A stretch of DNA of 64,000 nucleotides from Octopus sinensis (lineage: Eukaryota): assembly GCF_006345805.1 (NCBI RefSeq), contig NC_043005.1:7378001-7442000 (forward strand), read 5' to 3'. Under the pieces are notes generated by a model. That model did not search any database and was not told the DNA's origin. It saw only the letters and a list, made by a program, of their open reading frames with translations. The position numbers were made by a program, and so were the translations under genes. Below are positions 38,040 through 51,685 of the stretch, piece after piece (the first letter of the stretch is position 1; each line of letters starts with the position of its first letter).

Positions 38040-38700
38040 TGGTTTATTCTCAGCTAAATATTTCACTTGCAGTTGCCTGACTATGAAAACAGCATTTCAT
38101 CTAGCCTATTTCTGTTCTTAATTGGGCTGTAACTCTCTCCATAAATTTCATCACCTGGTCCAGAAGTTTCATGTCTCTATAATAGCTTCTATCATTTTCA
38201 ACAAAATTATCTCCATATTATTGAAAATTCCATGAAGTTCCTACATAAATGAGGTTATAAAGACAAAGGTTCACCTGGAATAAATATAGAGGATCCCCCA
38301 GTTATTGAATACATACACAAACTTCAACACAAGGAATACTGGTGGACATCCTCATCAATACATCTATCATGTGTAAACATAACTAGCCGGAAATTGGTGT
38401 TTTGAACTGACAAGAACAAATATGTACCGTCACAGAGGTCAGCTGTCTTGCTGATGTGAATATTTCTTTGAAAATCAAAAAGAAGATAATTATGGACAAT
38501 TGCTTTGAAACCTCCAGTTTCAATGTATGATTATATATTCACATTTATACCAATAATAACTGGGGCACTTGGTTTTGTGAATAAATGTCTAAGTGACAAT
38601 CTGGATAAGCTTGGATTTTCTGAAAAAGAAATCATCTAACTAATTTGCACATTACAAATACAATCTGGAAGTAAAAATATGCAAGAATTTTCTCAAATTT
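38040..38700 (+). mobile_element. R4/Dong-like non-LTR remnant
   Basis: KHN-P(E/D)I, EVSC-ADVNIS and FIPIITGALG motifs with stops. Confidence 0.65.
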
Positions 38701-39439
38701 AAAATGTGACAATGTTTTTGTTATTTACATTGCAACAATGGAGCGTTATATTTTTGTCAGAAACCAGATCTTCCTCAAAAGAGGAATTTGAATAATTAAA
38801 AAGAAAGGAGGACATACATATTGGTTTGTCAGATAAATTTGTTCCTTTCTTGCCAATGTTATTTGAATGAGCACGAAAAATATCTTTCTTTCTTTCTTTT
38901 TTTTTTGTAGCTCTGCTTTCCTCTAACGACATTTATTTATAATTTTTGGAACTTCAATAAATTCTTACCTCTTTTCAGACATATGATGATAGAATGCTAC
39001 ATAGAAGAAAAAAAGAGCATTTTCAACATCCGTTTCCCTTTGCTTTCAGTCAAGGTTCCAAAACTGCCAAATTCTGTCGAGGCATTTATGCTGTTTACTA
39101 TTTCTGATATAACTGCACAGAAATTGCTTTCATGACCTCACATACTCCTCACGTTCCAACTGACCTGTCCAGCTCAATAGAGGTTGATTGAACAAGCTCA
39201 TCGATTAGAATCCATGCCAATCAACTAAGGAATTGGCCCAGCAATGAAATATTCTAATGATACCATCACCTCTCACATTCACTTGCTGGGTTAGGACAAA
39301 AAATTGTTGATAGGCAGGATCCTCCCAGTGAACAGTTGGTAGACTTTCAAAAGTTACAGGTTGGAGTGTGAATTGGAGGATGTGTAGGTGTGTGCTTGTG
39401 TCTGTTGTAGCTCATGATGTTGTCTAAGCAGGTGTAACT

Positions 39440-39900
39440 GACCACAACATTGCAGGGACTGGTTCTTAAATCCTGCCTCTCAAAAACTGTAATCTATAGA
39501 ACTATCCTCACATCATTTGATGGTGTTACAAGATACTACGAGAGTATGACAGCCAATGATTTTTAAGGGAAGGTATACATGGCACATGCACTCCTTCAGA
39601 TACAGGAATAGGAAAAATTTCCTTATCTAGCTGCATCTGAAGACTCCACAATCACCAGAACGACTTCCATAACATCAAATAGAGTATCATTGACAGCCTT
39701 CCACTTATGCACTTGAAACTCCCAATTGCCAACTGTCTCCAAGAGGGACTACACAACCAATATGCAGTATCCTTCAACAAGAAGAATGAACTATCTTATT
39801 TTTACCACCAGAGGTATGATCTGTTAATGAAATTCAAGCCACAGGAAATTGTAACCAAAACCATCAAATTCGGTTACTCTCATGTAGACGTCTGCCACTA
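39440..39900 (+). mobile_element. Penelope-like GIY-YIG endonuclease remnant
   Basis: SCLSKTVIYRT...YYE-MT-NDFKGRY--HMHSFR pattern. Confidence 0.6.
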
Positions 39901-40149
39901 ATGTGTTGCTCTATTGAACGATGACTGACCTACTCACCCGAACCATCACCCCTCATTACCAAGTGCAGTACCCAAGTCAATGAACTGTTGTCACTGGTGC
40001 TACATCACAGTCAGCTGTCAAAGTGGTGACAACATCGTGTCTGAGTATGTGAGCCTAAGGATAAAGAAAATAACTTTTAGATGTTAGGCCTCGATTAGTC
40101 AGCTCGGATTGTGTTGTGCTGCTGTAAGAAGGCAGCCTGTCTTGAATTC

Positions 40150-40275
40150 CTCTGTTATTGCCTAGAAGGGCTCTCTTCAGATCTGACACATTTGAATAGG
40201 AGCAAGCAGAAACATTACTCTCTAAGAGGGACCAGATAACAAAGTCCATGGGATTGATGTCTGGACTTGAGGGAG
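40150..40275 (-). mobile_element. Tc1/mariner transposase fragment
   Basis: WPPSSPDINPMDFVIWSLLES in ORF 40055-40336. Confidence 0.6.
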
Positions 40276-41697
40276 GCCATGTGCTCAGCCCCCTCTTGTT
40301 TGTCATAGTCCTCCAGGCAATAACAGAGGAATTCAAGACAGGCTGCCTTTGGGAGCTCCTCTATGCTGATGACCTTGTTCTTATAGCTGAATCATTACCT
40401 GAACTAGAGAAGAAATTCCAGGTATGGAAGCAAGGACTAGAATCAAAGGGCCTAATAGTTAAACTAGCAAAAACCTAAGTCATAGTAAGTAGGAAGGCAG
40501 ATAAATCACAAACCCCTCAGGTAGATGGCCCTGCTTGATCTTTAGAAAAGGTGTAGGTAGAAACTCCATAAGATGCACCCAGCATAAACTTTGTACACAT
40601 AAAACGTGCAACATCAGAGGAAGGTTAACAGGAAAACTAACTTTTGTATGTGGAAGATGCACAGGTACAATAAATGCTGAAAATGCACAGAAAATAGACT
40701 CCATCAACTGACAGGGGAACAAGCCAGAGGTAGTAAATAGCTTCTGTTATCTAGGTTACCAGTTTAGTAGTGGAAGTGGATGCTCCAAAAGTGTAGCTGT
40801 GAGAATAAGATTAGGCTGGGTGAAATTCAGAGAGCTCCTATCCCTACTAGCAACAAAGGGCCTCTCTCTCTCAGAGTGAAAAGCAGATTGTTTGATGCCT
40901 GTATGAAAACAGCTATGCTACATGGTAGTGAAACATGGGCTATAACAGCCAAGGACATGTGTAGGCTCGAGAGAAATGAAGCCAGTATGCTTCACTGGAT
41001 GTGCAATGTCAGTGTGCATGTACGACAGAGTGTAAGCATCTTCAGAGAAAAGTTAAGCAAAAGAGGAATCAGATGTGATGTGCAAGAGACAACCACACTG
41101 GTATGGTCATGGACAAGGACAGCTGTGTATAGAAGTACCGATCTCTAACTGTGGAGGGAACCTGTGGTAGAGGAACACATGGGATGTGTTAGTGAAGCCT
41201 GATCTTCAAACTTTGAGCCTCACAGTGGTAATGACTGGTGACTAAGACCTTTGGCAATGTGCTGTGCTTGAGAGGATCCATCAAACCAAGTGCACCTGTG
41301 CAGGTGACATGTAAAGGACATCTTTTGAATATTGGACCTCACAGAGGCACAGTGGATGAGTTCTTTTCAAGGGTTGGGCCTCACAGAGGCAATGACCAAG
41401 ACCTTTGGCATTATGTCGTGCTTAAAACCCATCAAGCTGAGCAAAATCAGTCATGGCAGATACCAGTGTCACACAAAGTGGCACCTGTGCCGGTGACATA
41501 TAAAAACACCCTGGTGTCACATAAATGGAATGTGCTGATGGCACATAAAAGCACCCATTACACTCTCACAGTGGTTGGCATTAGGAAGGGCATCAAGATG
41601 TAGAAAACCATGGAGTCTGGTGCAGCCTTCTAGTGTGCTAGCCCAGTCAAACAGTCCAACCCATGCCAGCATGGACAACAGATGTTAAATGATGATA
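40260..41697 (+). mobile_element. Longest RTE fragment: RT, Cys-rich insert, ORF end, 3'UTR and GAT tail
   Basis: LSPLLFVIVLQAITEEFKTGCLWELLYADDLVLIAES, then LHGSETWA, continuing directly into the family 3'UTR. This shows the short (GAT)n-tailed copies are truncated LINE ends. Confidence 0.9.
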
Positions 41698-42114
41698 ACA
41701 TATATATATATATATGTGTATATACATACACACACACACATGTACACATACCTATACATATGTACGCACACATACATATTTATATATATACATATATGTA
41801 TTTGAAAAGTGTTTAAATTTTATTGTTATGTATACATGTATACACACATATAAATTATGTCATAGGTTATAATGACATACCATTATTTGAAAATTGAGAA
41901 AAATCAATTTTCAAATATACCAACCTTCCAACTTGTGCCAGCATGGAAAGCAGGCGTTAAATGATGATGATACACATGTACATATATAACAGATGCATAG
42001 AAATCAAAAGTGAAGAGAAATATCTCATGCCAAAATAGTTTACATTTAAAAAATTTATTACTTTTCCCCAACAGTGAAAGAATTACACACACATCTTTTC
42101 TGCCCTCAATTATT

Positions 42115-42335
42115 CATTTGGTGCCATGGAAAAAGCACTTGTGCTGGTGCCATGTAAAAGGCACTCATGCTGGTACCATAGAAAAGTGCTTGTGTTGGTG
42201 GCACATTAGAAGCACCCAGCACACACTGTACAGCAATTGACATCAGGAAGGGCATCCGGCCATAGAAACCAAGCCAAATCAGAATGGAACCTGGTGCAGT
42301 TTCCCGGCATGGAAAACAGGGGTGAAAGATGATAT
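42115..42335 (+). mobile_element. Older RTE 3'-end fragment
   Basis: Degenerate tandem units and a tail-body remnant. Confidence 0.65.
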
Positions 42336-43358
42336 GCAGTATATAAAGAGACAAATAAGAAATTTGTACAGCACAGATATTTACAAAGAATAAATACATC
42401 GAAGTCGAATAAAATAATAATTAAAATAAAACATGGGGAAATGTTTCAGATTCTAGTTCACACATAGTGAAAACTACTGGTTAGGTAGAGTTAGAGCATT
42501 TTGTGCCCTATCCACCTCCTGTTGCTTGTACTGCACCCAAAGGCACTTGTTAACAACTTCTGACTTGATTGGAGTAAATAACCTCATGTCTTAGAATAAA
42601 ACTGTTTTAGTTCATTTTAATGTCTATTTTTTTTTTTTTTACCAAAACAACAAACTGTTCTTTGTATGTCTCCTATATTCCAACCACAACAATGACTCAT
42701 TTTTATATCACTAGAATATATATGGCACCACAAATGTGTGATTTTATTGATTAAATGATTGTTGAAAAATGCTGGATTTCAGTTCTTTCTTCTCTGAGGA
42801 GGAGCACTATTTCGATTTTGAGATGGTTATTCCTCTGCATCCATTTTAGTTGTCCTATAGTGTCATCTGTGCATGTCATGAGTACTGTTTACAGTGTGTG
42901 TGTGTGTAACAGTGGTTATAGTATATTGGTGTGTGTGAGTATACCTGTGATTATAATGATAGTGTGCATGTATCTGTTGTTAGTGGTTACAGTGCATTAG
43001 AGTGTAAATATCACACACTGTAAAATGTTCATACTTTACCATGTAGAATTAAGCAGAAATATTTCTACATGTGTGGAGTAAACACCATCTGTTTCATTCA
43101 TTAATTATATTACCACACAGAAGAGTATCAATGTACCTACAATAAATAGAGTATTTTTTCTCTCTTCTGAAAATATGTCCAAAAGAATATTCATGTGTAT
43201 TTTGAAAGAATGTTTCTATTAAACATATCAGTGGTAAGTTATAACACTAATATTGACACAGTTGTGGTTATATACAACATAATTTTGAGAGGTGGTTCTC
43301 AGATATATCTTCTTTGTATCTTTCTTTGATAGAAATAGTTACAACATTCGCAGTTACT

Positions 43359-44636
43359 CTATGGTATGAAACATAGATGTCTAGTTAAACGAATTCTTCG
43401 AGAGAATGATTTACCACAGATATCACAACGATATGGTTTCTCCCCAGTATGAATGCGCTGGTGTGTAATTGAATAACTGCGTTCAGCAAAAGATTTGCCA
43501 CAAATATCACAGTGATATGGTTTCTCTCCTGTATGAATGCGTTTGTGTTTAGTTAAACCACCATTTAAAGAGAATGATTTACCACAGATATCACAGCTAT
43601 ATGGTTTCTCACCTGTATGAATTCGTTTGTGTCTGGTTAAGTCACCATTTACAGAGAATGGTTTACCACAAATATCACAGGGATATGGTTTCTCTCCTGT
43701 ATGAGTGCGTTTGTGTCTAATTAAGTCACCATTTACTGAGAATGATTTACCACAAATATCACAGTGATATGGTTTTTCTCCTGTATGAATTCGCTTGTGT
43801 GTAGTTGTATAACTACTTTCAGAGAATGATTTACCACAAATATCACAATGATATGGCTTTTCTCCTGTGTGAATACGTTTGTGTTTAGTTAAGTCACCAC
43901 TTCTAGAGAATAATTTACCACAAATATCACAGTGATATGGCTTATCTCCTGTATGCGTACGCTTGTGAGTAGTTAATTGACTTCTACCAGAGAATAATTT
44001 ACCGCAGATATCACAGTGATATGGTTTCTCTCCTGTATGAGTACGCTTGTGGAGAGTTAAAGTATTTATATGAGAGAATGATTTACCGCACATATCACAG
44101 TGATATGGCTTTTCTCCAGTATGAATGTGCTTGTGAGTAGCTAAAGAATTTCTGTGAGAAAATGATTTACCACAGATATCACACTGATAAGGTTTCTCTC
44201 CTGTATGAACACGTTTGTGCTTAATTAAGTGATCGTTTCGAGTGAATGATTTATCACAGATATCACAGTGATATGGCTTCTCTCCTGTATGAATGCGTTT
44301 GTGTATAGTTGAGTTACTACTTGAAGAAAATGTTTTACCACAGATATCACAGTGATATGGGTGTTCTCCTGTATGAATATGTATGTGACTAATTAAACTG
44401 CTTCTTGCAGAGAATGCTTTACCACAGATCTCACAGTGATATGGTTTTTCTCCTGTATGAATACGTCTGTGAGTAATTAAGTGATCATTTTGAGGGAATG
44501 ATTTACCACAGACGTCACATTGATAGGGCTTCTCCCCTGTATGAATACGTTTGTGTTTACTGAGATTACCTTTATGAGAGAAAAATTTACCACAAATATT
44601 ACAGGGGTATAATGATTCTTTTAAATCTTTTGGCAT
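43359..44636 (-). CDS. Tandem C2H2 zinc-finger protein (ZNF-B), 425 aa from MPKDLKE, 15 fingers, last one degenerate
   Basis: Intact ORF. The first ATG is at 44636; the track's start at 44660 is a TTG. The last finger lacks the second His (HLCFIP). Confidence 0.95.
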   Translation of the reverse strand: MPKDLKESLYPCNICGKFFSHKGNLSKHKRIHTGEKPYQCDVCGKSFPQNDHLITHRRIHTGEKPYHCEICGKAFSARSSLISHIHIHTGEHPYHCDICGKTFSSSSNSTIHKRIHTGEKPYHCDICDKSFTRNDHLIKHKRVHTGEKPYQCDICGKSFSHRNSLATHKHIHTGEKPYHCDMCGKSFSHINTLTLHKRTHTGEKPYHCDICGKLFSGRSQLTTHKRTHTGDKPYHCDICGKLFSRSGDLTKHKRIHTGEKPYHCDICGKSFSESSYTTTHKRIHTGEKPYHCDICGKSFSVNGDLIRHKRTHTGEKPYPCDICGKPFSVNGDLTRHKRIHTGEKPYSCDICGKSFSLNGGLTKHKRIHTGEKPYHCDICGKSFAERSYSITHQRIHTGEKPYRCDICGKSFSRRIRLTRHLCFIP

Positions 44637-45014
44637 TTCTTCAAGCAAAAAACAAATCAATTCTTTAAGGTTTACACATATTTCATTGTATGTTCTTTCT
44701 TTACGGACCTGAATATATGGATATATTTCTTGATTTTGTTTTTATAGTTTATTCCTGTCAAATATATCAGCTGTTAAATTTCTATCAACATGTGATCTTT
44801 GTTGATACCTGTTGACAGTTGAAAAATCCTTTGTCAATATGTCCAAGTTTAATTAAAATACATACTCATCATTCAAGACAGCTATGTAGACAAACATTGC
44901 TGATAACCTGACTCAGAAGAAATATGTCAGAAATTCTTCCTCTGATCTTTTAAAGATAGTAAATATTGATGATCTGGGATAAAATATTCCTTACAGCCAA
45001 TTTCATCTGATATT
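44637..45014 (-). other. ZNF-B 5' leader (acceptor at 45016-45015; uATG at 45006)
   Basis: tctctcatatttcag|AATATCAGATG, homologous to the ZNF-A and ZNF-C acceptors. Confidence 0.65.
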
Positions 45015-45994
45015 CTGAAATATGAGAGAAACAGTAGAGAAGTAAAGATTGTATAGTAAAGATTTTTATGTTTCTGTATAGATAAACTATTGATTTAAAC
45101 ATTTACCTGAACAAACCTTTTTTTTATTTGGTTTTCTGGATCTATTCGGTTTGGCTGCCAGTATCAATTCTTTTCAAATTGGTTTCATATTCAGTGTAAT
45201 GATACTCTTTTAGAAGCTAATCAATGACATGAAAATCATTTTCGCTATAAATCAATAAATAAAGAGTTACTAGCAATTAAAGTTTGAAAATTTTCAGTAA
45301 TTTTAGCCAATTGTAAGCTACAGACACATTCATGCTTTTTTCCATAGTAACAAGCAGAATCTGAGGACTCTTTTGTCTGCAAGAAAGCATGTGTTGACAA
45401 ATAAATTGAAACCACTTGTTTTACCTATCTGTTGACAATTGAGTGTGTGAATTTATGAACTGGTCATCAAAATGTTTATTTTCTAAAAATATTTAATTTG
45501 TAAAGTGCTATTTTGTTTTTAAATAAATCTTTTAAGTTCATGCTATCACATTAAATGCATATTGAATGCTTAAAACTACATATGTGTTTCTATTTGTCAT
45601 TGAGGTGGTTGTGCTAAAAATAACAGCTAAATGTTGTTTACTCTTTCTTGACAACATGTGCTATTTTCAGGATGTTGACAAAATATGCAGTCATGTGCAA
45701 AATGACAGCTTCCAAATCCTGTTTCCTGACTGGGTGAAAACGATCAAATTTAAACCTCTATAACTTTTTAAAAACATTTTTCTGGAAAAAGAAAAATAAC
45801 TCTAGCAATTTAGCTTGGAAAAGTATATTAATGTACCAAATTTTAAAATCTTCAATAAACTTAAATTTTTGAAATGCTGGCAACCAAACCAAATACATCT
45901 GTTTTTCCTTTTAAATCATTTTTTTATTTCTAAGAATTGAAAGATCTTATTCTAGAACACAAATTGCACCTTTAACATTGGTTTTCTTTTAAGA

Positions 45995-46222
45995 ACTGAT
46001 TGTAATATACGACTGGTTCCCGTGCTAGTGACACGTAAAAAGGACCGTCTGATTGTGGTCGATACCAGCCCCGTCTGGCCCCTGTGCCGGTGACATAAAA
46101 AAGCACCCACTACATTCTTGGAGTGGTTGGCATTAGGAAGGGCATCCAGCTGTAGAAACACTGGCTTCCCAGACCCCAGTTGAACCATCCAAACCATGCC
46201 AGCATGGAAAATGGACGTTACG
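45995..46222 (+). mobile_element. RTE 3' end
   Basis: Family body with a small internal deletion. Confidence 0.8.
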
Positions 46223-47347
46223 AAAAGTAATGTGACCATATAAATCAATACATGGAGTTAGTTTTACCTGGATTGCCTCAAGGATTGAAATTTTAAATAC
46301 AAACAATGAACAATCTGATGTGGACCAGTGGAAACATTACAATGAAAAGAAATGTATTTCTTTGCCTGAAAAGTACACTGAAAAGCCATCAGGAAAAAAA
46401 CTGAGTTACCTTTGTCACACAAAGGGTGTGTGAGTGTGTGTGCTTTTTTGATACTCTCACAAGAACAATTAACAGGAACGGTGGCTGACATCTGGATCAC
46501 AGATTTACATGTAGAGATGCACAAAGCACACAGTGCTATTTGTCTGATATTCAGGAGTGTAGAAAAGTAGAATTTGTGTGCAAAACATACCCCAACTAAA
46601 ACTTGGCCATATGCAGTATGTGGAGCAGTGCAAGGCAAAGGTAACAGACAGGACTATATAAGCCCTGGTTTATTGTTGCTTTTGTAAAGCAATATGGATA
46701 GGCATTTGGTTTACTAATAAGAAGAAATTACATGTAGTTGGGAGGGGTCAGCATAGACTTCCAAGTCTTAATGACCTTCCAGAACCACAAAGCCATTTTG
46801 GAATTGTACCCTATTGTGAATGCAAAAGACAGTATAGGGCAGAAAAGCCAGTTATTACACTTGTAGCAGTGAAATGTACTGGAGGGCTTTTGGTCCCTGG
46901 ATAAACAGAAAAAGATTGAGCAGCATCAAAAAGCTGCTGTTCTAGAAACACCATTACTTGTGCCACAAGTTGTCAGCTTGGAAAATGGTGAGAAAGAGAA
47001 AAAAAGAAGTGGGGGATGGGGGTGAACAACAGGCCCTTCAGAAAGCTTCCAGGAATATAATGAAAAGGCTGAACTCTGAGACTCTTACATGGTTTTATGG
47101 TTATCAGAAATGGCAATAAGAGATAGCCTGCATTGTTATGAGCTGGAGGTAAGTTAGGCAACCAGTTTGGATGGAACAGGAGTTAATGCAATACAATCTA
47201 AAGTATGCAGATGAAAATATCAGTGAAGTCCACACAAAAATGCTTATGAATGAGTAAAACACTTTTGTCAAGAAGATATAGGTCCATTCTTAGATGAACC
47301 AATTCAAAAGATGCTCATGAATGATTTTAGTGATTTCAGGAAATATA

Positions 47348-48708
47348 TTGTGTTGGCAAGAAAGTAATTTCGTTTTTCACAAATAGTTAGAGTTACAATT
47401 TTTTTGAATGGCTTTTGTCAGTGTTATGATTTTTTTTCTTTTGACATTTGATAGCTTACTTACGTTTAGCTTACTTCAGAAGCAAATTGTGCGTAATTTT
47501 GTTTACAGCTGTTATTTCAGTGTCAATTTCAACATGGAGTGCAAAAACGAACATTTCCGCCATATTTTGCTTTTTAATTTCTGTAAAATAAGAAAGCTGT
47601 TGAGGCTTACAAAGAAATACGTGAAGTTTACGGTGTTGATTGCTTAACAGGACACACATGTCAGAAATGGTTTAAAAAATTATTTTCTGGAAATTTTTCA
47701 CTCAAAGTTCATGATGAATAAATCAAAGCCATAACTGAATCTGACTGTTATATAACTGTGCAAGAGATTGCAGAGAGGTTAAATATACCACACAGAACAA
47801 CTGAAAATCTTTTAAAATGTCTTGGACTTGTTAAAAAGCTTGATATTTGGGTTCCACATAAATTGAAAGAGATTCACTGAACACAACAAATCAATATTTG
47901 TGATATGCATCTCAAACACAATGAAATTGATCTGAAGCAAATCATCACTAGTGATGAAAACTGGATTGTCTACAATAACCTCAGTCAAAAACGATCATTG
48001 TCCAAGCATAATGAACCAGCACAAACCTCATTAAAAACTGGATTGCATCACGAAACGGTCATGCTGTCAATTTGGTGGGATTACAAAGGTGTTGTGTATT
48101 TTGTGCTGCTTCAAGGAATCAAATGATCAATTCGGATGTTTACTGTCAACAACTAATGAAATTGGAGGAAGCAATCGAAGAAAAACGGCCAGAATTGGCA
48201 AAACGTAAAGGAATTATATACCACCTTGGCAATGCTAGACCACACATCATCATCTTCGTTTAGCGTCCGCTTTCCATGCTAGCATGGGTTGGACGGTTCA
48301 ACTGGAGTTTGGGAAGCCAGAAGGCTGCACCAGGCCCAGTCTGATCTGGCAATGTTTCTACGGCTGGATGCCCTTCCTAACGCATTGCTAAATTGTGAAA
48401 AATTATTGGAGCTTGGTTTTGAAGTGATGTCGCATCCAGCATATAGCCATGACCTTGCACCATCAGATTACCATTTATTTCAAAATTTGCAAAATTCGTT
48501 GAATGGTAAAACTTGCCCTCGCTTTAGTTTTTGGCTGATAAAGACCAGAAATTTTTTGAGTACAGAATCATGAAGTTGCCAGAAAGATGGCAAAAGGTCA
48601 TCGAACAAAGTGGAAAATATATAATTGATTAAAGTTTATTCTTTGTATGAAAAAAAACAAACTTTTATTTCACACTAAACAACCGAAATTATTTCCTTGC
48701 CAACTCAA
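47348..48708 (+). mobile_element. Near-full-length mariner, transposase pseudogenised; RTE 3' end inserted at 48247-48383
   Basis: TA|TTGTGTTGGCAAG ... CTTGCCAACTCAA|TA; MECKNEHFRHILL, ITSDENWIVY, NARPH and HPAYSHDLAPSDYHLF. Confidence 0.92.
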
Positions 48709-50142
48709 TACAATGTCAGGTGGGCAAGAAGAAATGTGGACATGCTCTGACTCAACAAGTGGGTCATTACCTGTATATAGGCTAGGTAACCATAAATGTC
48801 CTTGTGCCACAATTACTTTTATTTTTTATTTCAATTCTTAATCTATCTATTGTGTTATGTTCTCATCCTCGTCATTATATAACCTTGATCAGCTCCACGT
48901 ATATAGTAAAAATACGTCCTTCAACACATTTTATTGTATCTCTCTAGCCCTTGTGGCTAATAAAGAAAATAATTTAAATATATTTTTTGTTTCTACTTTC
49001 GATGATTTATAGTTACTATTTAGAAATATTTTAATTGTTGTTGACATGGACATTGCCAAATATCATATTGGCAAGCTATTAATTTATGCCTTATATCATC
49101 ATCATCGTTTAACGTCCGCTTTCCATGCTAAGATTCCTGTTAATTAATGACCAGGAATTGATCAATCCTCCGTGAAAAAGAAAAAAAAGCTACCCATTTG
49201 AGTGGAGGTATACCTTAAACAGCTTAATGTATTTTCAGTGTTAAAAATCGATTCATTAAATATTTCTTTAAATTAAGAGATTTGGATTATGGAAATGAAC
49301 TATATTTTAAAAGGTTCAAATGGTAATATAAATAAAGACGCTAGGCTGCAAAAGAGGGAGAATGACGTCGTCTACTAATACCGAAAGACTGCCGGATCAA
49401 ATTACTGACCATTTATGTTTTCCCATTTCATTACAATTGTACATAACCAGCTTTCTCAGTCGCTACTGAGTAGCGTGTCAACACAAATGAGTAGATCTAG
49501 CATTATAATTATTACCATCTAATCCTACTGTCGGGTATTTATATTTAATGTGGATTACAACGATAAGTCCTGTACCCGGGTCTTCTTTGCCTACATCAGC
49601 TACACTATACCTTCTCAAAATACATATTTTTGGTTAAAGAACTGAAAACTATCAGAAATGTTGCTATCAAAGTCAGGGCGCAGTTAATAACGTGGGTAGT
49701 AATAAAATAATACAATTTGTTCTTTATTACGAATTCTACAATCGTTTCAGTAAAAACTATAATTCATTAACGTGTTCATTTAATTTAGAATACAACCAGT
49801 TTCTAGATCTAGTACATTATAACCACTGAGGAAAATTTAGTAACCTCAAACAGTTCCAGCGACCGACTCATTAAGACTCAGTCCTAAACGAATAAATATT
49901 CCTATGATCAAATGTAGGCTGTTTGAGTAAATTGAGTAAATTTACGACAAAGACACGGTATAACTGAATGATACAATGTAAAAGTAGGAAATATACCTTA
50001 TCAGTGGAATTTCGTTGACAGAAACGGTACAGATGTGCGTAGAACTAGCAACCTTCCTGCAAGCACCACAGTCAAAGGGGAAAATACGACGAACTATGTT
50101 AATTAAGAGGACCGGTGTTCATTGTATGGTGCTTGCCTGTCG

Positions 50143-50150
50143 TGACGTCA
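50143..50150. promoter_or_regulatory. Perfect CRE palindrome TGACGTCA between the divergent ZNF-B and ZNF-C
   Basis: Exact motif in a CpG-richer intergenic stretch; function is inferred only. Confidence 0.35.
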
Positions 50151-50304
50151 TGAAAACATATTTCGATGCTAATTGCGAGAAATCATTTTTTTTTTGTTAT
50201 ATTTCTAGAATATCTATAAATTTCCTTTTAATAGTATATAAAAATTTATATACACATTCTTTTACTTGTTTCTGTCAATTTAACCACGGCCATGCTGAAG
50301 CACA

Positions 50305-50562
50305 TCTCTCATATATATATATATACACACATATATCTATATATACACACGCGCGCATATATATATATATACATATATATACAAACGTGCGCATATATAT
50401 ATATATATATATATACACGCGCGTGTATATATATATATATATATATATGTGCACGTATATATATACATATATATACACACGCGCGCATATATATATACAC
50501 ACACGCGTGCATATATATATGTATATATATATATACGCGCGTGCGCGCACGCACGCACACAC
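50305..50562. repeat. Compound alternating purine-pyrimidine microsatellite (TA)n/(CA)n/(CG)n
   Basis: Repeated blocks like tatatatacacacgcgcgca; source of the spurious YI/CV-rich ORFs. Confidence 0.95.
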
Positions 50563-51685
50563 AGAGCTTTATCACCTGACCAAAGAAGCTGACCAATGAA
50601 AATCTAATAATTTATCTTCTGCGGTCTGTTTACCTTAGCAGTCACCTCTTATCACCATTTCCCATTCATTATAATTCCTTTCATTACTTCTGCATTCATC
50701 AGTTTTTCCTCTAATTTTTCTGTCTACCAAATTCTACTGGCGAGGTATTTTTCTCTTTTTAATACGTTATCATTCCCTGTTATACCGTGAGGATTACTAC
50801 TACATGTTATTACTTCTGAGTAAACAGTTTTTGTTAATTAAATTTTCCTCTCCCTGCCTGTGTAACAATCTTTCTTTAATTTCAGTTGCTCAACAAAAGT
50901 TAATTAGCTTAATCAATTACAATGATGAGAACGAAGATCTGGTTACTTTTCCCCATTTTAACCGTCATTAAATCACTGAAGAGAAATACATAGACTAGAT
51001 TTTTTTAATTAATGTAATTTCTTCGTTCATCAAAATATTTTTGTTTGATCTGCCATAAAAATTGCAGCATCGTTGAAAACAACTTGCTGAACAATCGGTT
51101 CACGTTTCTGGAGGTACAAGAATATTATCTGGAAATGAAATCGTGAAAAGAATGTCCTTTTTTACTGGTCTCCTTTTACTTGTATAGTTATTAATAACGA
51201 TAAGTTATCTATCGAACGAATTTGATCCTTCTAAAATCCAATTAATTTTCGTAACACCGAATTTATAAATTATCGGTTTAACAGGGGAAAAAGCTACAGT
51301 TAACAAGGGAAGAACAATTAGAATATTTTAAAATCAGAAATGAAGGAAATAAAGAATTTAATATTGAAAGGGATTGTATTAACAACTGGATCATTTTATG
51401 CCGATGAATCAAATTTAGACAAGTTGCTTGGAATTCTCAACATATTAGTAAAAATATTAGCTTTAATATGTTATGGTTTTATGTAATGTACAATGGTAGG
51501 GAATAAAAGCTTTTTTTAGATTCTACAAGAGAAATGTCATAGGCAAACGGATAACGTTCCCACTAGTTTATGTAATTTTAGTTAAACGTTATCTATAGTT
51601 TATTAGTATAGAAATGCAGTAAAAATTCTTTTGTTGAATCTTTACTTTAATTATTCTCTATATCTCTGTTCCTCTCATATTTCAG

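Noticed and set aside
50015-50599. Several overlapping ORFs up to 194 aa rich in Y/I/C/V
   Set aside because: They are translations of a dinucleotide microsatellite, which lacks stops in several frames.
49990-51120. Exact first exons for ZNF-B and ZNF-C (donor candidates near 49997, 50742 and 51113)
   Set aside because: The donors are weak and several compete; they cannot be chosen without transcript data.
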